From assembly GCA_963771175.1 (NCBI GenBank), contig CAVYSY010000033.1:256001-320000 (forward strand): a DNA stretch of 64,000 nucleotides, in the 5' to 3' direction. The notes beneath the pieces were generated by a model. The model was not told where the DNA came from, ran no database searches, and saw only the letters and a list, made by a program, of their open reading frames with translations. The DNA comes from an uncultured delta proteobacterium. Its GTDB lineage: Bacteria > Myxococcota > Myxococcia > Myxococcales > Myxococcaceae. Both the position numbers and the translations under genes were made by a program. Below, piece after piece: positions 40,315 through 51,451 of the stretch (the first letter of the stretch is position 1; each line of letters begins with the position of its first letter).

Positions 40315-40476
40315 GGGGGAACTTCTATCGCGGCTCCCGCGGGATTCGGTAGCACTCCGGAAACCAGGCCCCGCATCCAGACTCGCGGGCCTGCTCGCTC
40401 GCCCAGGAGACGGGTTCCAGGGCCCCATCCTTCCCGTGTGTGCCGGAACGTCCCCCGGTGGACACGTTTGCGGGAG

Positions 40477-41046
40477 ATGAATGGCTGGCTCTCCATCTCC
40501 CTGACCCTGTTGCTCGGACAGACCCCCACGACCGCGCCCACCGAGGAGGAGCGACGCGCCGCCCAGGAGCTGGAGCTGAGGGAGCTCCAACTCCAGGTCG
40601 AGACCCTGCGGACCGAGACGGAGGCTCAACAGCAGGAGGACCAGAGCCGCATCCAGGCCCTGCAGCAGCAACAGGCCCTCCAGCAGGAGCGCGCGGGCGA
40701 GCTGGAGCAGCTCCGGCGGCAGCGCCTGGTGAGCCTGCAACGCGCCTACGACTGGCTCATCACCGCGGACCAGCTCCTCGAGAGCGGGGAGTTCGCCGTC
40801 GGCTCGCCCATCGCCTCCGCGCAGCAGGAGATCTCCAACGCCCTCTCCACCGCCTCCGACACCGGCCGTGGACAGACCGTGCGCCTCATGCAGAGCGCAC
40901 AGCAGCGGCTCTCCACCGTCAACGTCGCCGTGGCCCAGCGCGACATCTACCCGGCGCGACGGGAGATCCAGGCCGCTGGAGCCGAATTGCACGAGGCCTG
41001 GCGGCTCACCCTCAACCGCCCCGGCACCACGATCGTCAATCAGTGA
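40477..41046 (+). CDS. Secreted coiled-coil hypothetical protein
   Basis: MNGWLSISLTLLLGQ then Gln/Glu-rich coiled coil. Confidence 0.65.
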   Translation: MNGWLSISLTLLLGQTPTTAPTEEERRAAQELELRELQLQVETLRTETEAQQQEDQSRIQALQQQQALQQERAGELEQLRRQRLVSLQRAYDWLITADQLLESGEFAVGSPIASAQQEISNALSTASDTGRGQTVRLMQSAQQRLSTVNVAVAQRDIYPARREIQAAGAELHEAWRLTLNRPGTTIVNQ

Positions 41047-42154
41047 AGGTGAAGTGCGGCGTGGCGCTGGTCGGCGGGCTCGCCGGCCTCGCGATCAGGT
41101 AGCCCTGCACGAAGTCCACCCCGTGCGAGCGCACCCAGCCCAGCTCCTCCGGCGTCTCGATGCCTTCGGCCACCGTGAGGATGCCCAGCTTCTGCGCCAG
41201 CTCCAGCAGCTTCTCCGTGATGGACGCCTTGTATGGATCCTGGTGGATGCCCCGGATGAGCTCCATGTCCAGCTTCATGATGTCCGGCCGGAGCTGGTGG
41301 ATGAGGTTCAGCGACGAGAACCCCGCTCCCAGGTCGTCCAGCGCCACCCGGAAGCCCGCCTGCCGGTAGTAGGCGATCAGCGACTTGAGGTGGTTGGCGT
41401 CCGGCGTGTGGTCCGACTCGATGATCTCGAACACCACGTGGCCCGGCGGGATGCCCAGCTCCGAGATGGCCGCCACCGTCGAGCGCAGGCAGAACGCCGG
41501 ATCGTAGATGGCCGTGGGCGTGAAGTTGATGAAGATGGGGACATTCAGCCCCAGCCGCGCCGCCTCGCGCACCGCCGACAGCCGCGCCGCCAGGTCCAGC
41601 TGGAAGAGCATGTCCGCGTCGCGCGCCAGCGTCAGCATCTTCCCCGGGAACACCAGCGACCCATCCCGCTCGAGGCCGCGCAGCAGTGCCTCGTAGGCGT
41701 ACACCTGGCGCGTGTCCTTCGCGTTGACGATGGGCTGGTAGTGGCTGGTGACCCGCTTCTCGGCCAGCATGTCCACCAACCACCCCGCCCGCGACATGGT
41801 GAGGAACTGCGTCAGCGAGCCCACCCGCGGGAAGTCCATCAGGCCGGGCTCCCCGTCACCCTGGAGGAAGAGCGCGCGCGTCGCCCGGGCCTCCTCGCCC
41901 GTCAGCGAGCCCACCACGTCCGCCACGAAGTTGCCCAGATGCGCACCCTCCAGCCGCACCGCCACGCACTGCGCCTCCGGCGTCACCTGGAACTGACGCC
42001 CGGAGTCGCCCAGCACGCGCACCAGCTTGCCAAAGCTGTGGCCCAGCGGCAGCCAGAGGAAGAGTCGGCCCAGGCCCTCCATCTCCAGCTTCTCCGGGAG
42101 GGACTCGCACCTCACACATGGCTTCGAAACGCTCTGAGTCATGCTTCCACTCAA
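41036..42154 (-). CDS. EAL-domain c-di-GMP phosphodiesterase
   Basis: YQPIV, YEALLR, FINF, ALDDLGAGFSS, KLD, AEGIE, QGY; start may be the ATG at 42142. Confidence 0.92.
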   Translation of the reverse strand: MSGSMTQSVSKPCVRCESLPEKLEMEGLGRLFLWLPLGHSFGKLVRVLGDSGRQFQVTPEAQCVAVRLEGAHLGNFVADVVGSLTGEEARATRALFLQGDGEPGLMDFPRVGSLTQFLTMSRAGWLVDMLAEKRVTSHYQPIVNAKDTRQVYAYEALLRGLERDGSLVFPGKMLTLARDADMLFQLDLAARLSAVREAARLGLNVPIFINFTPTAIYDPAFCLRSTVAAISELGIPPGHVVFEIIESDHTPDANHLKSLIAYYRQAGFRVALDDLGAGFSSLNLIHQLRPDIMKLDMELIRGIHQDPYKASITEKLLELAQKLGILTVAEGIETPEELGWVRSHGVDFVQGYLIARPASPPTSATPHFTFTD

Positions 42155-42160
42155 CCCTGG

Positions 42161-43615
42161 TCACGGAAGCTCACGAAAGATGAGCAGCCCGCGCGATGTG
42201 TCCGTCGCGTAGATGAAACCATCACCCGGCACCTTCGCATCGCCGAGCCCATCCAGGAAGAAGCGTCCCCGGCCCGGGTCCGTCTCCCGCCAGCTATTGT
42301 ACCAGCCCGCCTGTCGGAGCGTGTTCGGGTCGGACACATCCAGCACTCTCAGTCCGTCCTGGTTGTGCGCCACGTACAACTTCGTCCCCACCAGCGTCAG
42401 TCCGCTCACGGTGGATTCCGGCCGCAGCGTGAAGTGGCCCAACTCCTTGATGTTCTTGGGATCCGTCACGTCCAGCGCGCGCACGCTCGAGCCCCACCCC
42501 TCGCTGGACTCGAAGACGACGGTGCGATCTCCCACGACCCCCACCGCCACCGACCGGCTGGTGGCCTTGTCATAGGCGAAGCGCCCCTCCGCCACCGGCT
42601 TGCTCGGATCCTTCACGTCCGCCACCGCCAGCCCGTACCGCCAGTGGCCGATGTAGAGCCGATCCCCAAGGGCCGCCGCTTCCACCGGGTTCTCCCCCGA
42701 ATCGGGCAGGCTGTCCTCCACGATGTAGCGAGACAGCAGCGTGGGCGACGCTGGCGTCTTCACGTCGTAGATGAGGACCTCGGCACGAGGCACCGGAGAG
42801 ACGGCGTAGAGCCGGTCCTGGTCCACGTATAGCCCCCAGACCGAGATGGCGACGCCCGAGCCCGGCAGCGTCTTGAGCCGCTTGGGGAGCGACGGAGTGC
42901 TCACGTCATACACGAGGATGCCCTCCGCCTCGCTCGCGATGAAGAGCGTCTGGTCCTTCACCCAGACCTGGCGCCAGACGTCGTTCCTCAGGGCGACCTC
43001 GCCCACCTTCTGGGGGTTCGCCGGGTCCCTCACGTCGAAGACGAAGAGGCCATTGGCCAGCGCCGTCACGTAGGCGTACCCGTTCGCCACGAAGAGGTCC
43101 GTCGCCACCGCCCCATTCGGCAGGGCCAGCTCGGACACGAGCTCCACCTTGGACGCCTCCGCCTCACCGGCCTGCCGCGTGACGCGCACCGCCTCGAAGG
43201 AGCCCTTGAGGTCGGCCTCGCCCCCCGAGCACCGGCGGAACTCGCCCTTCACCCGGTCCGGCGCGGTCGCCTGGCATCCCGCGAGCGCGAAGCGCATGGG
43301 CGCGAAGCCCGCCTCCTGGAAGTCACTGGCCAGGAAGAACGTGTCCCCCCCCGCCTGGCGCTCGGTGAGCGGCGAGCCGAAGATCACCCCGTTCTCGGCC
43401 GCGAGGTTCATCGCGCCCGGCGTTTCGGAGGAGTCCTCCAGGGTGACGTTCAGGTGCCAGACTCCCTCCGCCGTCACGGCGGCCAGCCCCGACCGGTCAC
43501 AGGCGGACAGATCGAAGGCCTCGAGCTGGCACTCCTTCTTCTCGGGCTCCTCCGTGTTCGTACAGCCGGTGGCCAGGAGCAGGGCCCCCGCGGTGGCGAG
43601 GAGAAAACGATTCAT
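42161..43615 (-). CDS. LVIVD-repeat lipoprotein
   Basis: Lipobox LATG|C; repeats YAYV..GLFVFDVRDPANP, GLRVLDVSDP. Confidence 0.88.
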   Translation of the reverse strand: MNRFLLATAGALLLATGCTNTEEPEKKECQLEAFDLSACDRSGLAAVTAEGVWHLNVTLEDSSETPGAMNLAAENGVIFGSPLTERQAGGDTFFLASDFQEAGFAPMRFALAGCQATAPDRVKGEFRRCSGGEADLKGSFEAVRVTRQAGEAEASKVELVSELALPNGAVATDLFVANGYAYVTALANGLFVFDVRDPANPQKVGEVALRNDVWRQVWVKDQTLFIASEAEGILVYDVSTPSLPKRLKTLPGSGVAISVWGLYVDQDRLYAVSPVPRAEVLIYDVKTPASPTLLSRYIVEDSLPDSGENPVEAAALGDRLYIGHWRYGLAVADVKDPSKPVAEGRFAYDKATSRSVAVGVVGDRTVVFESSEGWGSSVRALDVTDPKNIKELGHFTLRPESTVSGLTLVGTKLYVAHNQDGLRVLDVSDPNTLRQAGWYNSWRETDPGRGRFFLDGLGDAKVPGDGFIYATDTSRGLLIFRELP

Positions 43616-43795
43616 GCGCCATCCATACCGGGGGCTGGCGCAAGACGAAAGCATTGGTTCACCCAACACCCAGAGGCGTGGGGACGTGTACCGCTGAGCA
43701 ATCAGGTTGCGGCGCTCGGCCGTCCACTCGCCTATATCAAAGAGCCTGCCTAGGTTCGGTCAGTCCCTCGTCTCCCCATCCGGGAGGTCGTCCCT

Positions 43796-46700
43796 GTGAA
43801 TCACCGTCTTCTGATTGCCGCCTTGCTCGCCGCCCTCCTCCCGGAGGCAGCCCTGGCGCAGACCTATGTCGTCCCGCGTCGGGCCTACCGGTCACCGGTA
43901 CGCACCTACGAATTCGAGTGGCGGCACCTGGACATCCTCGTCGGCCCCCAGGCCGAGGGCGTCGCCGCGCCGCCCGCTCACCGGGCCCATACCCAACCGC
44001 CCGGTGCTCCGGGTGGCCCCACCCCCGCTACGCCCGCCCAGTCGCAGATGCGCTCGCCGGGAGTGACCACCCAGGACACGAAGACGATTCCCCCGTCCTC
44101 CGCCGTGGTCCAGGGGGAATCGGACAAGCAGCAGCGGGGCACCGGCGGCAGCTCCATCGAGGCCATCGAGCCGGGGAGCCCCACCCCCGTGGTGGACAAG
44201 CCGGACGGCGGCACGGCCGTCTCCGAGTCCCCGGCCTCCGGGAGCGACCTCTACGTCCCCATCGCCCTGTCCACGGATGGCGGCACCCCGGATGCCGGCC
44301 CCGCCTATGCCACGTCGCTCGGCGTCAAGAGCGGCGGCGTGCGCTTCTTCTTCTACGAGAGCGAGCGGAACGTGGCCCAGTACGCCGCGCCCCAGCTCGA
44401 GGACGCCTACCGCTACCTCGTCGACCGCTTCAAGTTCGTCCCCACGCAGACCTTCCCCTACATCCTCTACAGCAGCTACCAGGAGTTCCTGCAGACCAAC
44501 GTCTTCCCGATCTCGGAGGGCACCCTCGGCGTCACCAGCACCCAGGGTGACCTGGAGCTGACCCTGCCCTACCTGGGTGACCACCGCCTCTTCGGGGAGA
44601 TCAGCACCCACGAGATGGCGCACCAGTTCACCATCCAGAAGGTCCGGTTCCTCGCCGAGCAGCGCCAAGGTGGCGGGGGATCCGCTCAACGGGATTCCGC
44701 TCTGGTTCATCGAGGGTCTCGCCGAGTTCTACGCCAAGGGAGGGTTGGACCCCGAGGGCGAGATGATGGTGCGCGACCTCCTCATCAACCCGGACCTGAT
44801 GCGCGGGTACGCCTTCCTCGACTTCTGGTCCCCCGGGCCCTACGGCTTCCTGTGGATCTACAAGGTGGGCCAGGCGCGCTGCCAGTTCCTGGAGGAGACG
44901 TACGGGGGCGGCATCATCCAGAAGATCCTCGAGAACTCGCCCAAGCTCATCTCCGGCACGGGCACCACGCCCAACCTGCAATTCGAGGGGCTGGTGGAGC
45001 TGCTCACCGGGGACGAGCCGCCGAAGGTCGCCGCCAAGTTCGAGGCGTGGCTGAAGCAGCGCGCCTACCGCACCTACCTCAAGGCCGAGCAGGCCACTCC
45101 CTCGCTGGAGCTGCTGCGCGAGCGCAAGGGCATCGTCACCGCGCTCAACAGCTCCCCGGATGGGCGGGTGCTGCTGTACCGGAGCATCATCCCGGAGACG
45201 GGGGAGAGCCAGCTCATCATGCTGGACCCGCGCGCTCCGCTGGATCACGTGAAGGTGCAGGGGGACGGCGTGCCCGGCTACGAGTCGCTGCACCCCATCT
45301 TCGGACGCAACTTCGCCCTCACCGGGGACCGGCTGGCCTTCATCGCCGAGTCCCTGTCGCGCGACATCATCTATATCCAGTCCTACAAGCACACCGCCGA
45401 GCCCATCACCACCTTCGGTGGAACACTGGTGCCCGGGGGCCGCAGCCCCTACATGGCCACCGCCACCGGATTGCAGAAGGGGCCATCGGTCAAGGTGCGC
45501 TTCAAGATGGGCGAGCGCGTGGCCTACAAGCTGGCCGACCACGGACTCATCGCCGCGTACTCGCCGGTCTTCTCGCCGGATGGCAAGCAGCTCGCCTTCA
45601 TCGGCCTGAGCGAGACGGGCACGCGCGACGTGTACGTGATTCCGCTGGACCAGGGCATGGAGGTGGAGCCCCAGCAGCTCACCCATGACGTGTACGCCGA
45701 GCGCCAGCTCACCTGGGGCCAGGCCGGCCTCGTCTACAGCTCGGATGCCACCTCGCACGGCTACTACAACCTCTTCCGGCTGAAGCCGGAGAACCCCAGC
45801 CAGGTGGAGCGCCTCACCACCGAGGCGAGGGATCATCAAGATCCCATGGTGATGCCGGACGGCCGCCTCTTCTTCGTGGCCTACGACAAGAGCCGCTCGG
45901 ACCTGTACGAGTACACCGGCGGCGGCGGCCTCGTGCGGCGCACGGACGTGACCACCGGCCTCTTCGAGCCGAGCCCCGCGCCCGAGGGCAACCTGTGGAC
46001 GCTCTACCACCTGTCCGGTGAGCGAAAGCCGGCCCTGCTGCGCTCCAACCAGCTCATGTCCTTCGAGGTGGCCGACACGATGAAGGTCGCGGCCGCGCCG
46101 CCCAACCCCCTGCCCCAGCGCTCGCTGGTGGGCGCCGAGCCCTACAAGCCCTTCACCCAGGAGAACATCGACCTGGGGCCGATCATGGGCTTCGCCGGCG
46201 CGGGCGGCGGCGGCTTCTACGGCCAGCTCTTCGCCTCCGCCACGGATCGGCTGCGCAACCACGCCGCGCTCTTCCAGGTGGCCGTCTACGGCTCGCTGGA
46301 GCTGACCGATGGCTTCCTGATCTACCTCAACCAGAAGAACCGCCTGACGTGGGGCGGCGGCCTCTTCCAGTCCCTGCGCTTCCGCGTGGACGAGTCGCTG
46401 CGCCACAACGGCAGCAATCTGCCCTACTACGCGCTCACCTCCGGCGAGCGGTTCTTCGGCGCCACCGGTATCACCCGCTACCCGCTCAGCACCTTCACCT
46501 TCCTGGAGGCCAACCTGAGCATCGGCGGCGTGTCGTACTTCCTCGATCCGTACACCGCCTTCGTGCTCAACCTGGAGGAGATCAACAAGATCGGCGACCT
46601 GTACACCCCGTGGCGAGAGGCCAACCAGGGCCTACGATTCCAGACGGAGGGTTCCGTGGCGTGGGGCTACAACACCCTGCGCTACCACTATACGGGAGTC

Positions 46701-47345
46701 CCGCTGTCCGGCAGCTCGGTGCTGACGGAGCTCACCACCGGCGTGCAGCCCTTCCACGACCAGATCTTCGGCAACGTGCGCGTGGACGCCGAGCGCTACT
46801 TCCCGCTCTTCCTGGGCAGCACCCACCTGATGCTGCGCGGCGGCGCGGGCCTCACCTTCGGTGGACGCTTCGCCCGCTCCTTCTACCTGTCCAGCTTCGA
46901 CACCATCCGCGGCGCGCAGTTCGGCGACGAGGAGTGGCTGCTCGGCCAGCACTACGGGTACTCCACGCTGGAGCTGCGCGTGCCGCTCGACGCGCTCATC
47001 CGCATCGCCTTCCTCAACACCCTCATGGGCGTGGCGGGCTTCGACTTCGGCGGTGTGGGCAACTCGGGCCGCGACCTGTGGGACCACCGCGTCCTCGATG
47101 CCGCCGTGGGCGTCAACGTCGGCCTCGGGCCCCTGCTCCTGCGCCTGCACTTCGCCTACCCGTTCGACATCGGTGCTCCCGCCGGCCGCCCCTCCAACGA
47201 GTGGGTAACCCAGTTCTCCATCGGTCTCGCCGGACTCGAAGGCTACCTGTTCAAGGGGCACGGCAAGTCCACGCCGGGCGCCAAGGCGCCCCCCTCTCCT
47301 CCCGTGAGCCTCGGCGGCATGGGAATGCGGGTCGGCGGGAACTGA
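43796..47345 (+). CDS. Zn-peptidase (MA-like) + PD40/TolB-like propeller + Omp85-type barrel; frameshift near 44663
   Basis: Signal peptide; HEMAH and PLWFIEGLAE; PVFSPDGKQLAF; TIRG, LELRVP, GPLLLRLHFAYP. Confidence 0.78.
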
Positions 47346-47402
47346 GTTCGTGAGTCCGGGGTGGGGCGAGCGGTTGCCCCCACCCCGGCTGGAAGAGATG
47401 GC

Positions 47403-47873
47403 TCAGGACTGGGCGGCCACCAGCGCGGCGTTGGCCCTCGCCAGCGGGCCTCCCTCGTGAGGGATTCGCTCGAAGTCGCCTCGCAGCGCCTTGAGGGCGA
47501 ACTTCTCCAGGTCGATCTCCCGCCGGGTCCTCACGCCCATCAACCGCACCAACTCCGCCAGCGGGCCAAAGCCGAGCAGGCCATGCTGCAGCAGCAGCCC
47601 CGCCGCCACCCCGCTCACCACCCGCCAGGCCTTCCCGTCCCTCGCCCCCAGCACCAGCCCGAGCACCGAGAGCGCGGACGCCGCCACCGTCACCATCCGG
47701 TTCAGGTCCCACTCGTGCTCCAGCTTGTCCAGGTAGTGGGTGATGGCCGCGCGATCATGCTGCTCCGCCATGTGTCGGACGCACGCCTCCACCCGGGCAT
47801 CAATCCGCCGGTTCAGCCCGTCCGCCGTGTGCGTACGTACCGCGTCGCTCGACATCCGGTTCCACGACTCCAT
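47403..47873 (-). CDS. Small membrane protein
   Basis: EWDLNR, two hydrophobic segments, GVRTRREIDLEKFALKALRGDF. Confidence 0.7.
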   Translation of the reverse strand: MESWNRMSSDAVRTHTADGLNRRIDARVEACVRHMAEQHDRAAITHYLDKLEHEWDLNRMVTVAASALSVLGLVLGARDGKAWRVVSGVAAGLLLQHGLLGFGPLAELVRLMGVRTRREIDLEKFALKALRGDFERIPHEGGPLARANAALVAAQS

Positions 47874-48029
47874 CGCGCCTCCCTCCATACTGGCAGGCCA
47901 TCTCTCCAAAGGTAGGGATGGGGGCGGGACCCGGGCACATCAGCCAGCCGGGCACGGCCGCCTGCCTGCCTGCACCCACTCGCCTCGGTGCACTGCGCGG
48001 GCAGCGGGCGGATGCCTAGCTTGCGCGGC

Positions 48030-49289
48030 GTGAATCGCTTCCCTCGCCTGCTGCTTGCATGCCTGCTCGCCAGCACGGCCTGCGTCCACCGCAACCATCC
48101 CCAACAGCTCCGCATCCATCAGGATCTGCCCGACTCGGGGCCGGAGCTGTCGTTCGCCCTCTATCAGTCGGTGGGCGTGGGGCTTCGCCCGGGCCATGTG
48201 GTGGAACTGGTGCAGGACGAGCGCATCCTCGAGTCCCTCGAAGCGGAGATCCGCCAGACTCGCGAGTCGCTCCACCTGCTCACCTCGAGCTGGTGGCCCG
48301 GCGAGGTCTCGGAGCGTCTCATCCACGCGCTCGAGAGGCGCCCACCGGGGGTGATCTGCCGGGTCCTGGTGGACGCGCTCAACAGCCCGGGCTTCACGGA
48401 GAACGTGGAGCCGAGACTCGTCCAGGCCGGGTGCGAGGTGCGCACCTTCCGCCCGTTCATCGGCGCCACGGTGGTGTTCGCCGACGAGCGGCTGGAGGCG
48501 CGCAACCACCGCCAGCTCGTCATCCGCGATGGCCGCAGTGGCCTCACCGGTGGCTCCGGCGTGGGGCCAGCCTGGCGCCGCGAGCAGGGTCCGGCGGAGG
48601 CCTGGCGGGACACCTACGTCCGCGTGGTGGGCCCGGCCGTGCGCCAGTTGCAGCGGGCCTTCGCAGAGAGCTGGCAGGAGGCGGGCGGCGGACTGCTCCC
48701 GGACTCGGCCTTCCCTCAGCCCGAGCCCCAGGGCGAGGCCCGCGCCGGCTTCATCGCAAGCACCGGCTCGCCCGCGCTCAGCGACTCCGAGCGCATGGTG
48801 CAGGTGCTCATCGCCTCGGCCCGGCGCAGGCTGTGGCTCACCAACGCCTGCTTCGTGCCCACCACCGCCACCATGGACATGCTCATCCGCAAGGCCCGCG
48901 AGGGCGTGGACGTGCGCATCCTCTTGCCCGGCCCGCGCCACGGAGGCCCCCACGAGGTGATCGCCGCGCAGCGCGCCACCTATGACCGGCTGCTGGAGAA
49001 CGGCGTCCGCATCTGGGAGTACCAGCTCGCGCCCCTGCACGCCCGCACCATTCTCGTGGACGACAGGCTGGCGGCCGTGGGCTCCACGAACCTGGAGGTG
49101 AACTCGAGCGCAATGCTCCTGGAGGGCTCCCTCGTCGTCGAGGATGCCCAGTTCGCCCGCGCGCTCGCCGTCACCTTCGAGCGCGACCTGATGCACGCGG
49201 TGGAGATCCGCTGGGAGAGGTGGCGGCGGCGCGGGTTGCTCGAGCGCTTCGCCTACCAGCGCCCTCGCTCCACCCCCGGCTGCCTCTGA
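48030..49289 (+). CDS. Cardiolipin-synthase-like PLD lipoprotein with degenerate HKD motifs
   Basis: STA|C lipobox-like; RNHRQLVIRD, WRDT, LHARTILVDD..VGSTNL. Confidence 0.82.
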   Translation: MNRFPRLLLACLLASTACVHRNHPQQLRIHQDLPDSGPELSFALYQSVGVGLRPGHVVELVQDERILESLEAEIRQTRESLHLLTSSWWPGEVSERLIHALERRPPGVICRVLVDALNSPGFTENVEPRLVQAGCEVRTFRPFIGATVVFADERLEARNHRQLVIRDGRSGLTGGSGVGPAWRREQGPAEAWRDTYVRVVGPAVRQLQRAFAESWQEAGGGLLPDSAFPQPEPQGEARAGFIASTGSPALSDSERMVQVLIASARRRLWLTNACFVPTTATMDMLIRKAREGVDVRILLPGPRHGGPHEVIAAQRATYDRLLENGVRIWEYQLAPLHARTILVDDRLAAVGSTNLEVNSSAMLLEGSLVVEDAQFARALAVTFERDLMHAVEIRWERWRRRGLLERFAYQRPRSTPGCL

Positions 49290-49429
49290 GCGGGCACACA
49301 GGAGCCCACGACGGACAACGGCGGACCCTTCCGGAAGCGTGAGTTTCCCATCCACGGGGCCCCCAGCATCGACCAGCGGACAGAGCTGCCCCGGAGGACC
49401 AGGCATCCTCCTTGCTCCAGCAGGAGGCG

Positions 49430-51202
49430 ATGAGCTTCGCACGTCTGCTGTGCTCCCTGTCCGTTGCCGTCCTGCTCGCCTGTGAACCCGAGCACCCTGC
49501 ACCCGCCCCGGGGGGTGAGGGACAGACCCCCGTCCAGGAGGAGCCCCAACCCCCTCCCCCGCCGCCCGCGCCGCAGCCGCCCGCGCCGCAACCGCCCGCG
49601 CCGCCACCACCTCCTCCACGACCACCACCGGAGCCCGAGGCGCAACGCCCCTTCGTCCTGCCGCCGGTGCAGCAGTCCCTGCAGGATTACGAGCTGGTGC
49701 TGCCCCCGGGGGTGCTGGCGCGGTTCCTCGCCGACAAGAACACGCCGGAGCAGGACGCTGTCTTCCGCTGCAATGGCGTGAGCTATCCGGTGAAGGTGCG
49801 CCTGCGAGGGGCCTCCGCCCGCGACTTCCCGAAGAAGAGCTGGAACGTGAAGTTCGAGGGCAATGCCCGCTTCGAGGGACGAAAGTCGCTCAACCTCGTC
49901 GCCGAATACGCGGACGCCACGATGCTGGCGGAGAAACTCGCCTATGACGTGTTGGCCGCGCTGCGCGTGCCGGCCCCGCACGCGAAGTACGTCCGGCTGC
50001 GCCTCAATGGTCGCGATGAGGGCGTCTTCCTGGACATCGAGCAGGTCGACAAGTCCTTCCTGAAGGCCCATGAGTTCCCGGACCGGGACGCCACCATCTA
50101 CCGCGCCGGCTGGAAGGACACCGAGCTCAAGCTGCGCTCGTGGAAGGTGCCCTACCAGGGGAACTGGAGCCAGAAGACGAACGAGCAGAAGCCCGACGAT
50201 GCCGCTCTCGACGAGGTGCTGTACGTCATCAACCGCACCCCCGAGCCGGAGTTGCCCGGCGCGCTCGAACGACACATGGAGTTGGAAGGCTACCTGCGCT
50301 CCATGGTCATGGACGCGCTCATGGCCAACAACTTCATCGAGGACTCGGAGAGCTACTTCATCCACGACCGGGTGACGGGCCGCTGGGTGTACGTGGCGTG
50401 GGACCTCAACAACGTGGACGCGCGCTGGTGGTACCTGAATCCCCTCTCCCCGGAGCTGCAGCCCACCTACCGCCACCCGCTCTTCTCCTTCACCCTCACC
50501 GACGCGGTGGTGGCCAAACGGTACGCGGAGCGCATGGTCATCCACCCGGGCTACCTGCCCGTCTTCTCCAACCTGGGCACCCGCGTGGTGATGAACCCGG
50601 AGCTGCGCGCCCGCCTGGTGGCCCGCCTCGAGAAGGCCCTGGACGAGCTCTTCACCCCGGAAGTGATGGGGGCCCACATCGACAAGCTGCACGCGCTCAT
50701 CGCCTCGTCCATGGCCAATGATCCGTACATGGACTTCGCGAAGTTCCAGGCGGGCCGCGCCTTCATGAAGCAGTTCGTCAGCAAGCGGCGCGACCTGGTC
50801 CAGAAGGAGCTGAAGCGCTACCGCGAGCAGAGGCCCGGACTGGTGCTGGAGGCCGTGGACGCCCGCGAGGGCTGGGTGGAGCTGCGCAACCGGGGCCAGG
50901 AGACCGTGTCCCTCGGCGGGATGGTGCTCACCACGCACCTGCGGCGGAGCATCCCCAGCCTGCTGCGGCCCGAGAGTGGCCCGCCCGTGGGCGTCGTCCT
51001 ACCAAAGGTCACGCTGGCCCAGGGCGAGCGCGTGCGCTTCACCGCCGCCGAGCTGGGTCTCACCTTCACGCCCGATGGGGAGCTCGGCGTCTTCGATGGC
51101 CAGTCCGTGGTGGGGATGAAGGACATCCTCTTCTACGGGCCGCTGCCGGTCGGGATGCACTACGAGCGCACCGAGGACGATGGGAGCTGGCGGGTGCGCT
51201 GA
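49430..51202 (+). CDS. CotH kinase-family lipoprotein
   Basis: LLA|C, Pro-rich linker, VRLRGASARDFPKKSWNVKF, AEKLAYD, IEQVDKSFL, AWDLN. Confidence 0.88.
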   Translation: MSFARLLCSLSVAVLLACEPEHPAPAPGGEGQTPVQEEPQPPPPPPAPQPPAPQPPAPPPPPPRPPPEPEAQRPFVLPPVQQSLQDYELVLPPGVLARFLADKNTPEQDAVFRCNGVSYPVKVRLRGASARDFPKKSWNVKFEGNARFEGRKSLNLVAEYADATMLAEKLAYDVLAALRVPAPHAKYVRLRLNGRDEGVFLDIEQVDKSFLKAHEFPDRDATIYRAGWKDTELKLRSWKVPYQGNWSQKTNEQKPDDAALDEVLYVINRTPEPELPGALERHMELEGYLRSMVMDALMANNFIEDSESYFIHDRVTGRWVYVAWDLNNVDARWWYLNPLSPELQPTYRHPLFSFTLTDAVVAKRYAERMVIHPGYLPVFSNLGTRVVMNPELRARLVARLEKALDELFTPEVMGAHIDKLHALIASSMANDPYMDFAKFQAGRAFMKQFVSKRRDLVQKELKRYREQRPGLVLEAVDAREGWVELRNRGQETVSLGGMVLTTHLRRSIPSLLRPESGPPVGVVLPKVTLAQGERVRFTAAELGLTFTPDGELGVFDGQSVVGMKDILFYGPLPVGMHYERTEDDGSWRVR

Positions 51203-51206
51203 AAGC

Positions 51207-51253
51207 CTCGCGCCAGCGAATACGGGTCTGGGGGAACCCGCCGCTGGCGCGAG
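51207..51253. terminator. Inverted repeat between convergent cotH and peptide genes
   Basis: CTCGCGCCAGCG ... CGCTGGCGCGAG. Confidence 0.5.
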
Positions 51254-51283
51254 CCTCCACTGGGGAGGTGGAACCCCGAAGGG

Positions 51284-51451
51284 TCAGTAGCTGCTCGTCT
51301 CCTCCCCCACCGCCATCGTGGTGATCGGGCCGTCGCCCTCCTCGCCCACCGCCAGCGTCGTGACCTGCGAGCGGCCACCGCGGACGTTCTCCAGATCCTT
51401 CGTGGGCAGCTCATAGTCGATGAAGGTCTTCTTCTTGCCTGTCTTGCTCAT
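51284..51451 (-). CDS. Plesiocin-like graspetide (RiPP) precursor peptide, 55 aa
   Basis: Hand translation MSKTGKKKTFIDYELPTKDLENVRGG-RSQVTTLAVGEEGDGPITTMAVGEETSSY; GGAGAG RBS; double-Gly leader; two TTxxxxEE-type cores; too short for ORF track. Confidence 0.85.
   Translation of the reverse strand: MSKTGKKKTFIDYELPTKDLENVRGGRSQVTTLAVGEEGDGPITTMAVGEETSSY

Noticed and set aside
49545..49635. Repetitive CCG-rich tract
   Set aside because: Pro-rich linker of the CotH lipoprotein, not a CRISPR or mobile repeat.
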